From IMG/VR virus record IMGVR_UViG_3300029535_000013: DNA of 41,169 nt. One strand, written 5' to 3'. The DNA comes from a virus. The notes under the pieces are model-generated. The model ran no database searches, was not told the DNA's origin, and saw only the letters and a list, made by a program, of their open reading frames with translations. Below are positions 33,421 to 40,225 of the stretch, one piece after another. How positions within the stretch are numbered: position 1 is the stretch's first letter; every line of letters starts with the position of its first letter. The position numbers and the translations under genes were made by a program.

Positions 33421-33753
33421 ATGGACATCGACGAGATTAACACCCATATCCACAAGCTGAAATGCGGTTCAACGGACTGGCAGAGCGTGGAGAAGCTTGC
33501 CGCTCTCTGCACTGTGAGAAATGAGCTGGAAGAAAAGCAGGCACCGGCGGAAATGCAGACTCAAGCGCTGCCTCCCACGTCGTACCCGGCGGCATACTCC
33601 ACAAAAGCAAATCCACAAAGCGAGTTCGTGGAAGCGGCCAGCGCCGCGCCATTTGGTGGCTTAATGGAAGTGCTTGATGAGCACATGAGCGCCATAAAGC
33701 TTGCATACCCGAAAGAGTATGAGTTGGTCATGCGGAAGATAACCGCATTGTAA
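33421..33753 (+). CDS. hypothetical protein
   Basis: ATG lies about 9 nt after GGGAGGAGGG. 110 aa. Last gene before attP. Confidence 0.5.
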   Translation: MDIDEINTHIHKLKCGSTDWQSVEKLAALCTVRNELEEKQAPAEMQTQALPPTSYPAAYSTKANPQSEFVEAASAAPFGGLMEVLDEHMSAIKLAYPKEYELVMRKITAL

Positions 33754-33874
33754 AACGACACAAAATGTGTTATTTTTACATGCAGCCAAAACTTGAAAAG
33801 CTAAATTTTTAAGCTTAATAAACTAACACGTGACTAACAAGTTTGACTTTATTATCGATAAAACGTAAAATAAA

Positions 33875-33924
33875 ACTGATTTGTAATCAGTGGGTTGCAG
33901 GTTCAACTCCTGTCACCAGCTCCA
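33875..33924 (+). other. attP core: 3' half of a tRNA-Thr(UGU) gene (anticodon arm to CCA)
   Basis: ACTGA-TTTGTAA-TCAGT, then GGGTT, then GCAGG-TTCAACT-CCTGT, then CACCAGC-T-CCA. No matching 5' acceptor or D arm upstream. It lies 110 nt from the 3' end of the integrase gene. Confidence 0.75.
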
Positions 33925-33930
33925 AAAATA

Positions 33931-33974
33931 AACGCACGAACGATAAAAACAAATCGTCCGTGCGTTTTTCTTTT
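33931..33974 (+). terminator. intrinsic terminator following the tRNA fragment
   Basis: 14-bp stem AACGCACGAACGAT/ATCGTCCGTGCGTT with one mismatch, an 8-nt loop, then TTTTTCTTTT. Confidence 0.7.
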
Positions 33975-33975
33975 G

Positions 33976-34034
33976 CTTAAAATGCCTTAAAATCTCCTGG
34001 ATGAACGTGACAATCTAACAAACAATCTAACAAA
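33976..34034. repeat. short direct repeats (candidate integrase arm-type sites)
   Basis: CTTAAAAT at 33976-33983 and 33986-33993. Tandem CAATCTAACAAA at 34011-34022 and 34023-34034. Confidence 0.5.
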
Positions 34035-35168
34035 TCAATACTTCATCTTTTGCATTTCCCGCAACAGATAATCCGGGTCATTGTGGGAGACGTACTTGTT
34101 GGCCGTGGTGGAGAAATTTTTGTGACCCAAGATGGCCTGTACGGCGGTCTTTTCCAGGCCGCACTCCACCATCTTGCTACTGGCCGTGTGGCGCAGCGTA
34201 TGCGGATGCACCCCCTCTATGTGGCACTCCTGCATCAAGGCCCGAAACTTTGTAGCCACGTTGCGCTTGTCCAGCTTTGTACCGGCTTTGGACGGTATCA
34301 GCCACTCACAGCCGCTGTCAAGCATCCAAAAGGCAATGATTTTATAAATGGGGTCCAAAATAGGGATAATGCGGTTTTTGCCCGCCTCGGTCTTTTCGCC
34401 GCCCTGCATATACCGCTCTTTTAGATGCACATCGTCGCAGCGCATGGAGAGCAGCTCATCGATACGCATACCGGTGTAGAGCAGCACCATTGCGATTTGT
34501 GCTGTCTGCCCAAGCTTCGGGTCGTCTTGTCGGCTGCTTATCTGCTCGATCTCCTGAGCGGTCAAGGTTCGCTCTGCCTTGCCTGTAGCCGCTGGGAGCT
34601 GCAAGAGCATGGCATAGTTTTTGTTTATGATGTCCTGAGCCATTGCCCACTCACAGATCTGGCTGAAAAGTGTGCGCTGCTTTTCGCAGGAGCTGCGGGA
34701 GAGGCCCTTTTCCACCATCTGGTCAATCACCTGTTGATAGTCTGCGGCTTTTAAGTCCCGGAGCTGTCGGTCATACAGCGGCGCAGCCTTTGCATAGGCC
34801 AGCTCATAACCCTTTTTCATATCAGTGCTGAGCTTGTCAAATTTGGGCTGCGCTTTCCATTGGGCATAGGCATCCGCAAAAGTACATTTCAGACGCGCTG
34901 CGGGGGTGTTCTGGGCGTTGTAAGCGTCCAGTGCTTGTACTGCTTCACCCGGCGTCGCAAACGTCCCCAGAACGTCTCGCTTGGCTGTCAGGGCCACATA
35001 CGGTTTTGACCTCGTCCCGCTCAACTTATATACACTGCCGCTGCCCTTTGGGCGGCGGCGCTTTTTTCTTTGCTGCGGGGCGGCTTCGGGCTGCTTCTTT
35101 CCGCAGTATGGGCAAAAAGATGCATCATCCGGTATTTCCCGACGGCAGCAGGCGCGAATGCACTTCAA
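34035..35168 (-). CDS. int: tyrosine integrase with N-terminal zinc ribbon
   Basis: HPHTLRHTASS...LGHKNFSTTANKYVH-type catalytic region. The N-terminus reads CCRREIPDDASFCPYCG. Confidence 0.9.
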   Translation of the reverse strand: MKCIRACCRREIPDDASFCPYCGKKQPEAAPQQRKKRRRPKGSGSVYKLSGTRSKPYVALTAKRDVLGTFATPGEAVQALDAYNAQNTPAARLKCTFADAYAQWKAQPKFDKLSTDMKKGYELAYAKAAPLYDRQLRDLKAADYQQVIDQMVEKGLSRSSCEKQRTLFSQICEWAMAQDIINKNYAMLLQLPAATGKAERTLTAQEIEQISSRQDDPKLGQTAQIAMVLLYTGMRIDELLSMRCDDVHLKERYMQGGEKTEAGKNRIIPILDPIYKIIAFWMLDSGCEWLIPSKAGTKLDKRNVATKFRALMQECHIEGVHPHTLRHTASSKMVECGLEKTAVQAILGHKNFSTTANKYVSHNDPDYLLREMQKMKY

Positions 35169-35761
35169 AGCTCTTCACCTCGCTTTGCGGTATAGTCGGC
35201 CTCGCCGCTCTTCGCGGCCTCTTTTCCCGCCTGGTATGCCGACTGCAGCAGACTCACCGGAGGCTGGACTTCCCACGGAATCGGGTCTGTTCCTGTAGCC
35301 ACGGCGAACTCGTAATTGTCCAGTATTTGGCCGCAGACGGATACCTTGTTTTGCAAGGGAGTATGCAGATTTGCGCACACCTCAGCAAACACCGCCGGTG
35401 GATAGCTGCCATGTCGGCCCAAAAGGATAAACAGCACCATCTCTTTTACAATTCGCGGCGCTGTGCGAAAGTATTCTGTAAGCATCTCATCCAACTCTTC
35501 GTCTGATTTTCGCTGTATGGGCTCTTTGTAAAGCTCTGGGTGCAGCATTTCTTGCATGGCGGGGAGCGGAGAAGCCCCGCAAGCCTCGAACCAGTCCATT
35601 ATCTTGTCAGCCGGTGGGCTGGACGCCCCACACTCCCAGCTCTGGACCGTAGCCTTTCCCTTGTTGATACGACGGGCCATGTCGACTTGGCTCAAGCCTG
35701 CCGAGACTCTGGCCCGCGCCAGTGCGATACCAAGCTTTTCCGCAGTAAAGTAGCTCATCAA
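35165..35761 (-). CDS. XRE-family HTH protein with extended C-terminal domain
   Basis: LARARVSAGLSQVDMARRINKGKATVQSWECG. Overlaps the int start, so the two are probably co-transcribed. Confidence 0.65.
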   Translation of the reverse strand: MMSYFTAEKLGIALARARVSAGLSQVDMARRINKGKATVQSWECGASSPPADKIMDWFEACGASPLPAMQEMLHPELYKEPIQRKSDEELDEMLTEYFRTAPRIVKEMVLFILLGRHGSYPPAVFAEVCANLHTPLQNKVSVCGQILDNYEFAVATGTDPIPWEVQPPVSLLQSAYQAGKEAAKSGEADYTAKRGEEL

Positions 35762-35915
35762 TTATAACCTCACAAATTTCCATGCCATAAAAACAAAAAG
35801 TGACATGGGGAAAACCCATGCCACTCGACAGAGCAGAAGTCCTTCAAGTTTTCCCATAAAATGGTAAAATCTAAAACAAGTTGGACAAATTGAACAAAAA
35901 CAGAGGTGAAATAAA

Positions 35916-36026
35916 ATGGATTTCGAGCAAAGAAACGGCAAAGAAAACGAAATGACCATCATTGACGGGATGCCTGCCACCATTTTGACCGGCACGGCCC
36001 GAACACCTGAACCTTGGGAGGACTAA
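35916..36026 (+). CDS. possible small ORF (36 aa)
   Basis: AGAGGTGA lies 6 nt upstream of the ATG. Below the ORF-track size cut-off. Confidence 0.3.
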   Translation: MDFEQRNGKENEMTIIDGMPATILTGTARTPEPWED

Positions 36027-36028
36027 AG

Positions 36029-36238
36029 ATGGACAAGATGAAGCTGTTTTGCACCCACATCCGCGCCGCGCTGGCCTGCTATGAGGATATGCCGCCCGAG
36101 GGGCAGGCTCGGGCTCGACTTTTCGTGATCCGCAAGTCCGGGGATCTCCGGCAGCTCAAGGCCGCAGCAGACGCACCCGGTGGGGAGCTTGCCGCTGAAC
36201 TGTTGCAAAAAATGCAACAACCTTGCAACCACGGATAG
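36029..36238 (+). CDS. hypothetical protein (69 aa)
   Basis: GGGAGGA lies 6 nt upstream of ATG 36029. Confidence 0.45.
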   Translation: MDKMKLFCTHIRAALACYEDMPPEGQARARLFVIRKSGDLRQLKAAADAPGGELAAELLQKMQQPCNHG

Positions 36239-36361
36239 CAACGTGCATATTTTGCACATTGCTCGTGCAAAACGCGCGTATTTAGCAAAAAGTCAGCGTA
36301 AATTTCAACGATTCATCGCAAATGCTAAATTTTTCGCGCATTTTTGCGCGATTAAACGCGC

Positions 36362-36391
36362 TTGACGCGATACAATCAACGGTTGTATAAT
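36362..36391 (+). promoter_or_regulatory. near-consensus promoter TTGACG-18-TG-TATAAT pointing into the 3' end of the minus-strand sie gene
   Basis: TTGACG at 36362-36367, TG at 36384-36385, TATAAT at 36386-36391. Flanked by the direct repeat CGGTTGT at 36380-36386 and 36393-36399. Confidence 0.55.
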
Positions 36392-36414
36392 TCGGTTGTG
36401 AACAGGGCCGCACA

Positions 36415-36984
36415 TCAATATCCCACAGCAGTGGCTCCGTATTCCGCCTGGCCTTGGCTAAATCCCTCAAACTCCAGCTGTTCAATCAGACCGGAGCGAG
36501 AGAAAGACATGGAATTGATATAATTTTTTGCTCTTATTGCAGCCTGTTCGTTCCAGTCGGCGCCACAATGATCTACGGCATAAGTAGCATCTTCCGCGGA
36601 ATATCCTTCAAACTCAAGCTGACTTTCAAGGCCGCTGTAAGAGAATCCCATACCGGCACTCAGGTAGTTTTTAGCAGCCCGCAAAGCGTTTCTCTGCCCC
36701 ATTGTAAGGCTATCATCGGCAGAAATTGACGATTTTACGGACGTGCTGCTCTTTGTTCCGTACGTTGAACTTGTCGTGCTGGAAGAAGGGGTAATCATCA
36801 TAACGAACACGATCAGCGCAACACTAACAGCGACCGCGCATCCGCATCCGTGACCTTTTTTCTTCTTTTCAGGCTTTTCGTCTGATTCAATAGCTGTTGT
36901 CACGGGACCCGAAGCAACAGATGCTCCACATTCAGGGCAGAATTTCACGTTCTCAATTTCAGCTCCGCATTTTGGACATTTCAT
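36415..36984 (-). CDS. Ltp-family superinfection exclusion-like protein, zinc ribbon plus TM anchor plus two Ltp repeats
   Basis: MKCPKCGAEIENVKFCPECG, TM segment CAVAVSVALIVFVMMI, then QRNALRAAKNYL...LESQLEFEGYSAEDATYAV...DWNEQAAIRAKNYI...LIEQLEFEGFSQGQAEYG. GAGGTG lies 6 nt upstream of ATG 36984. Confidence 0.7.
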   Translation of the reverse strand: MKCPKCGAEIENVKFCPECGASVASGPVTTAIESDEKPEKKKKGHGCGCAVAVSVALIVFVMMITPSSSTTSSTYGTKSSTSVKSSISADDSLTMGQRNALRAAKNYLSAGMGFSYSGLESQLEFEGYSAEDATYAVDHCGADWNEQAAIRAKNYINSMSFSRSGLIEQLEFEGFSQGQAEYGATAVGY

Positions 36985-37073
36985 AAAACGCACCTCACAT
37001 ATACAAAAATAGGCAGCCAACCCGCTGCCGAAAAACTAAGTTATCAAGGAAAATGCCAAAGGAGGAAAACAAA

Positions 37074-37205
37074 GTGCAAGAAAATAGCACAAAATTGATG
37101 AAAGAAACCACAGAATGTGTTATACTTGAGAAAATCAAGCTTGCACTTTCCCTTGGTATCGACGTGGATAAACTCTTAAAGGAGGCAACGCAAAATGTCG
37201 AATAA
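37074..37205 (+). CDS. possible small ORF (43 aa)
   Basis: AAAGGAGG lies 8 nt upstream of GTG 37074. ATG 37053 is in frame and is an alternative start. Confidence 0.3.
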   Translation: MQENSTKLMKETTECVILEKIKLALSLGIDVDKLLKEATQNVE

Positions 37206-37572
37206 TACGCTTCTTTTCATCATCGCCGTGTTTGTTATCGCAATGTTTGCGATTCTCGCTTACGAGTTCCTTAATCTCAATGACTTTGCACTTTTTCAGT
37301 CTAATCCCAAACAGGAGCCGGAGCAAAAGTGCGTCGGCATCCCTTTAGAGTACCTTAAAACAGAAGTTACTTATAAAGGTGTTACCCTTGCAGACCTTAT
37401 GGAGCTGTGCCCTGATACGCATTTCCATATCAAAGACGGTCTTGGCGGATACCTTTCCATTACACTCGGCAGCAAAGAAGCAAGAGCACCGCGCAAATAC
37501 AGATCTGTATACGTTACCAGCCTTGACCCTTGCTCCTATGAGCTGGAAGTTTCAGACTCTTCGCTTCTTTGA
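37195..37572 (+). CDS. hypothetical membrane-anchored protein
   Basis: AAAGGAGG RBS. N-terminal TM segment LLFIIAVFVIAMFAILAY. Lower GC than the phage backbone. Confidence 0.55.
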   Translation: MSNNTLLFIIAVFVIAMFAILAYEFLNLNDFALFQSNPKQEPEQKCVGIPLEYLKTEVTYKGVTLADLMELCPDTHFHIKDGLGGYLSITLGSKEARAPRKYRSVYVTSLDPCSYELEVSDSSLL

Positions 37573-37925
37573 GTCACCAAAAGCGTCAATAACGTACTCA
37601 CAACAGCAGAGATCACCGCAATGGCAGCGCTTTGAAAGAACTGTCTGCGGCTGATTCTCTGCTTTCTTTGTTGTTCAAGGAAGTAGGTTCGCCCCTTAGC
37701 GGTCAGAATCATGCACGGCACCACGACAGCACCGTTGTCTTTCTGTTGGACTTTGCGCTGTATCTCGACAAGACCATCCGAAACCATCAGATCTGCAAGC
37801 ACCGGGGCATCCGCTTTGAACTTTTCCGCAAAAACGGGAGTCGGAGTGTCCGGCGCTGTCGGGCACTTCTCGTAAATATTAAGAAGAAAATCGAGCGCTT
37901 CTTCTTCCCGCTTCAGGTCAACCAT
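37536..37925 (-). CDS. hypothetical protein with C-terminal TM segment (possible winged-helix N-terminal domain)
   Basis: AAIAVISAVVSTLLTLLV lies near the C-terminus. It overlaps the stop of the CI-like gene, so the two are probably co-transcribed. Confidence 0.5.
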   Translation of the reverse strand: MVDLKREEEALDFLLNIYEKCPTAPDTPTPVFAEKFKADAPVLADLMVSDGLVEIQRKVQQKDNGAVVVPCMILTAKGRTYFLEQQRKQRISRRQFFQSAAIAVISAVVSTLLTLLVTQRSEESETSSS

Positions 37926-38274
37926 TTTTCTTCAGTTTCTCAGCTATCGCTGCATCCAGCATACTATTAAATAGCGTGCGCATAGGTTCATCCAGCTGCA
38001 TAAGCTTTTCTGCAAAAGACTTTGCTTGTTCATCCAGCCCACTCCCTTCACCGGGGGTGGGCTTTTCTTTTTGCCCGGAATCTTCGCCTCTCAGCTCTGC
38101 CACTGTTACACCTAGCGCATTGGCTACTGATGGCAGCATCTCATCAGGAAAATCGCGCCCACTTACTAGCATTTGCGAAATATAGCCACGGCTTTTTCCG
38201 ACCTCTCTGCATACAAAAGAAACGTTGATTCCTTTTTCGGTAGCGATTTTTTTAGCCCTCTCCACATTTCGCAT
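37918..38274 (-). CDS. CI-like repressor (XRE HTH)
   Basis: KKIATEKGINVSFVCREVGKSRGYISQML. Divergent from the Cro-like gene, with an operator-rich intergenic between them. GAGGTC RBS before ATG 38274. Confidence 0.7.
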   Translation of the reverse strand: MRNVERAKKIATEKGINVSFVCREVGKSRGYISQMLVSGRDFPDEMLPSVANALGVTVAELRGEDSGQKEKPTPGEGSGLDEQAKSFAEKLMQLDEPMRTLFNSMLDAAIAEKLKKNG

Positions 38275-38286
38275 AAAAAAGACCTC

Positions 38287-38363
38287 GCTATTTTGTGAAA
38301 ATAGCCAAATGTTCACTATATTGCAGATTGGCTATTGCAAAATAGCCACTTGGCTAGTATAAT
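38287..38363. promoter_or_regulatory. genetic switch: operators with AAAATAGCC half-sites and rightward promoter TTGCAA-17-TATAAT
   Basis: Palindrome GCTATTTT-GTG-AAAATAGC at 38287-38305. GGCTATT-GCAA-AATAGCC at 38330-38347 overlaps the -35 box TTGCAA (38335-38340). The -10 box TATAAT is at 38358-38363. A leftward TATAGT lies at 38320-38315. Confidence 0.7.
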
Positions 38364-38502
38364 ACTAAGCACAGGGCAAACAAAACCAAAGCCCCTGACA
38401 ATATTATATCGGGCAGACGCTAGATTTTATTCACTTTGTACCTCGCAACTACATAGTAGCATATTTTCTAGTGATTTTCAAGCCCGGAAAGGAGAATTGC
38501 TA

Positions 38503-38730
38503 GTGAATGTTTCAAAAATCGACCAGTTTTGCAAGCTGCACGGACTGAGCCGCACCGATTTGGAGGCGGCGGCAGGCCTGAGCAACGGCGCAATCGGAAA
38601 GTGGGAGCGCTCGATTTACGGCCCCAGTATCTCGCAGCTGCTCAAGCTCGCAAAGTATTTCAAGGTCACACTGAACGAGCTTGTGGTCTACGATGAGGAA
38701 GGAAAAGGAAAGGAGAATACAAGTGCCTGA
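38503..38730 (+). CDS. Cro-like XRE HTH regulator
   Basis: GTG lies 7 nt after GGAGA. Contains FCKLHGLSRTDLEAAAGLSNGAIGKWERS. Confidence 0.65.
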   Translation: MNVSKIDQFCKLHGLSRTDLEAAAGLSNGAIGKWERSIYGPSISQLLKLAKYFKVTLNELVVYDEEGKGKENTSA

Positions 38731-38920
38731 TTTTGAAACCTTTTTGCTTGCGCTTGCATCGATTGCGCTCATTGTCGTTGCTTTTGGCTTTTCGTGGGCA
38801 ATTATATCTGGCCTCTGGTGGCTCATTTGTCACTTTGTCGGATGGCAGTTCACTTTCGGCGTGGCCACCGCAATCTGGATTGTGGCGATGCTGCTGAAGT
38901 GGGTAACGAGCCGCAAGTGA
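38723..38920 (+). CDS. small two-TM membrane protein (paralog of 40530-40712)
   Basis: AAGGAG lies 7 nt upstream of the GTG. Contains FSWAIISGLWWLICHFVGWQFTFGVATAIWIVAMLL. Confidence 0.55.
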   Translation: MPDFETFLLALASIALIVVAFGFSWAIISGLWWLICHFVGWQFTFGVATAIWIVAMLLKWVTSRK

Positions 38921-38936
38921 CAAGGGAGGCAAAGCC

Positions 38937-39095
38937 GTGAACCAAAACAAAAAGCCCAGCTGGAAAGAGCGAATTTCCAACTGGACCTCGGCTGACTACA
39001 TGATCGCATCCATCATCATCACGTCAGTCAACATAGGTATTGTAGCGTTTCAAGTGTTGCTGCTAATCCAAGTCATAGGAGGCAAGGCGCTGTGA
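38937..39095 (+). CDS. possible small membrane protein (52 aa)
   Basis: GGGAGG lies 8 nt upstream of the GTG. TM segment MIASIIITSVNIGIVAFQVLLLIQVI. Confidence 0.4.
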   Translation: MNQNKKPSWKERISNWTSADYMIASIIITSVNIGIVAFQVLLLIQVIGGKAL

Positions 39096-39149
39096 AAGAT
39101 TACCAAATTCAAATCCTTGCCCTCTGCATTGAGATCCTTGCTTTGGTTG

Positions 39150-39431
39150 TCATTTTACTAAAGCAATAATCATTGACACGATGGCTATTAGCATCATTGC
39201 GAAATTGTAGACCCTGTTAAAACGGTCGTTTTTCGCTTGCTCGATTTTGTATTGCACATAATCATCCCTCAGTTTTTGCAATTCGGCTGCGGTCTGAAGT
39301 TGAGCGTTGTCGATTTCCCGGCGCTTTTTCCAAACCGAGCCGTCCGGGTCAGCGACATTCACTCCCGGCGTTTTGTAATTGTAACGTTCAAGTTCGTTTG
39401 CACGCTGGTTGAAGTATTCCCACTGATTCAA
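39150..39431 (-). CDS. tail-anchored membrane protein (93 aa) with its own promoter, antisense to the early operon
   Basis: TTG start preceded by GGAAGGGGGTGGG. C-terminal TM segment FAMMLIAIVSMIIALV. The track ORF 39150-39506 extends upstream over the promoter. Confidence 0.5.
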   Translation of the reverse strand: MNQWEYFNQRANELERYNYKTPGVNVADPDGSVWKKRREIDNAQLQTAAELQKLRDDYVQYKIEQAKNDRFNRVYNFAMMLIAIVSMIIALVK

Positions 39432-39453
39432 AATCCCACCCCCTTCCCTGCCT

Positions 39454-39482
39454 ATTATAACAGGCACCGGGGTGGACGACAA
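39454..39482 (-). promoter_or_regulatory. promoter TTGTCG-17-TATAAT on the minus strand
   Basis: The minus strand reads TTGTCG (39482-39477), a 17-nt spacer, then TATAAT (39459-39454). Confidence 0.6.
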
Positions 39483-39495
39483 GAAAGGACAAAAC

Positions 39496-40224
39496 ATGGC
39501 AAACATTCAAATTTTCACAAGCCCCGAGTTCGGGGACATCCGCACGGTAGACCAGAACGGCGAGCCGTGGTTCGTGGGCAAGGACGTGGCCGCAGCGCTG
39601 GGATACGGCGAAGGAAAGTCCCTCGCAAACGCCGTTTCCAACCACGTTGACGAGCAGGACAAAGGGGTCACCGAATTGATGACCCCCGGCGGCAACCAGA
39701 AAATGGTCATCATCAACGAGTCCGGCCTTTACAGCCTGATTTTTGGCAGCAAGCTGGAAGGCGCGGTGCGGTTTAAGCGGTGGGTGACAAGCGAGGTGCT
39801 GCCTACCCTGCGCAAGACTGGCAGCTACATGATGCCCAAGCTCAGCAAGGAGATGCAGGCGCTGTTTATGCTGGACAACCGCACCCAGCGGCAGGAAGAG
39901 CGGCTCACGGCGCTAGAGAACACCATGACGGTGGACTACAACCAGCAGCGTGTGCTGCGCAAGAGCATCAGCCGGGCCGTCATTGGGGCGCTTGGCGGCG
40001 AGGACACCCCGGCCTACATTGACAACCACGTGCGCAGCAAGGTGTACAGCGAGTGCAACCACGATGTGCAGGACTGGTTCCGGGTGAACAGCGTGGGCAA
40101 CATCCCCCGTAAGCGCTTTGACGAGGCGGTGGAGTACATTCAGCGCTGGAAGCCCAGCACCAACACCGTGATGCTGATCCAGCAGACCAACGGCCAGACC
40201 AGCCTGTTTGAAAGGGGTGCGTAA
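39496..40224 (+). CDS. antirepressor (Bro-N domain plus ORF6C-like C-terminal domain)
   Basis: IQIFTSPEFGDIRTVDQNGEPWFVGKDVAAALGY...INESGLYSLIFGSKLEGAVRFKRWVTSEVLPTLRKTG. Confidence 0.8.
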   Translation: MANIQIFTSPEFGDIRTVDQNGEPWFVGKDVAAALGYGEGKSLANAVSNHVDEQDKGVTELMTPGGNQKMVIINESGLYSLIFGSKLEGAVRFKRWVTSEVLPTLRKTGSYMMPKLSKEMQALFMLDNRTQRQEERLTALENTMTVDYNQQRVLRKSISRAVIGALGGEDTPAYIDNHVRSKVYSECNHDVQDWFRVNSVGNIPRKRFDEAVEYIQRWKPSTNTVMLIQQTNGQTSLFERGA

Positions 40225-40225
40225 C

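Noticed and set aside
35762-35995. 77-aa minus-strand ORF upstream of the XRE/int operon
   Set aside because: It has no RBS and a hydrophobic low-complexity product. It overlaps an AT-rich promoter-like region and a better-supported small plus-strand ORF.
36180-36365. 61-aa plus-strand ORF
   Set aside because: It lies in the palindrome-rich spacer, has no RBS, and overlaps the end of 36029-36238 out of frame.
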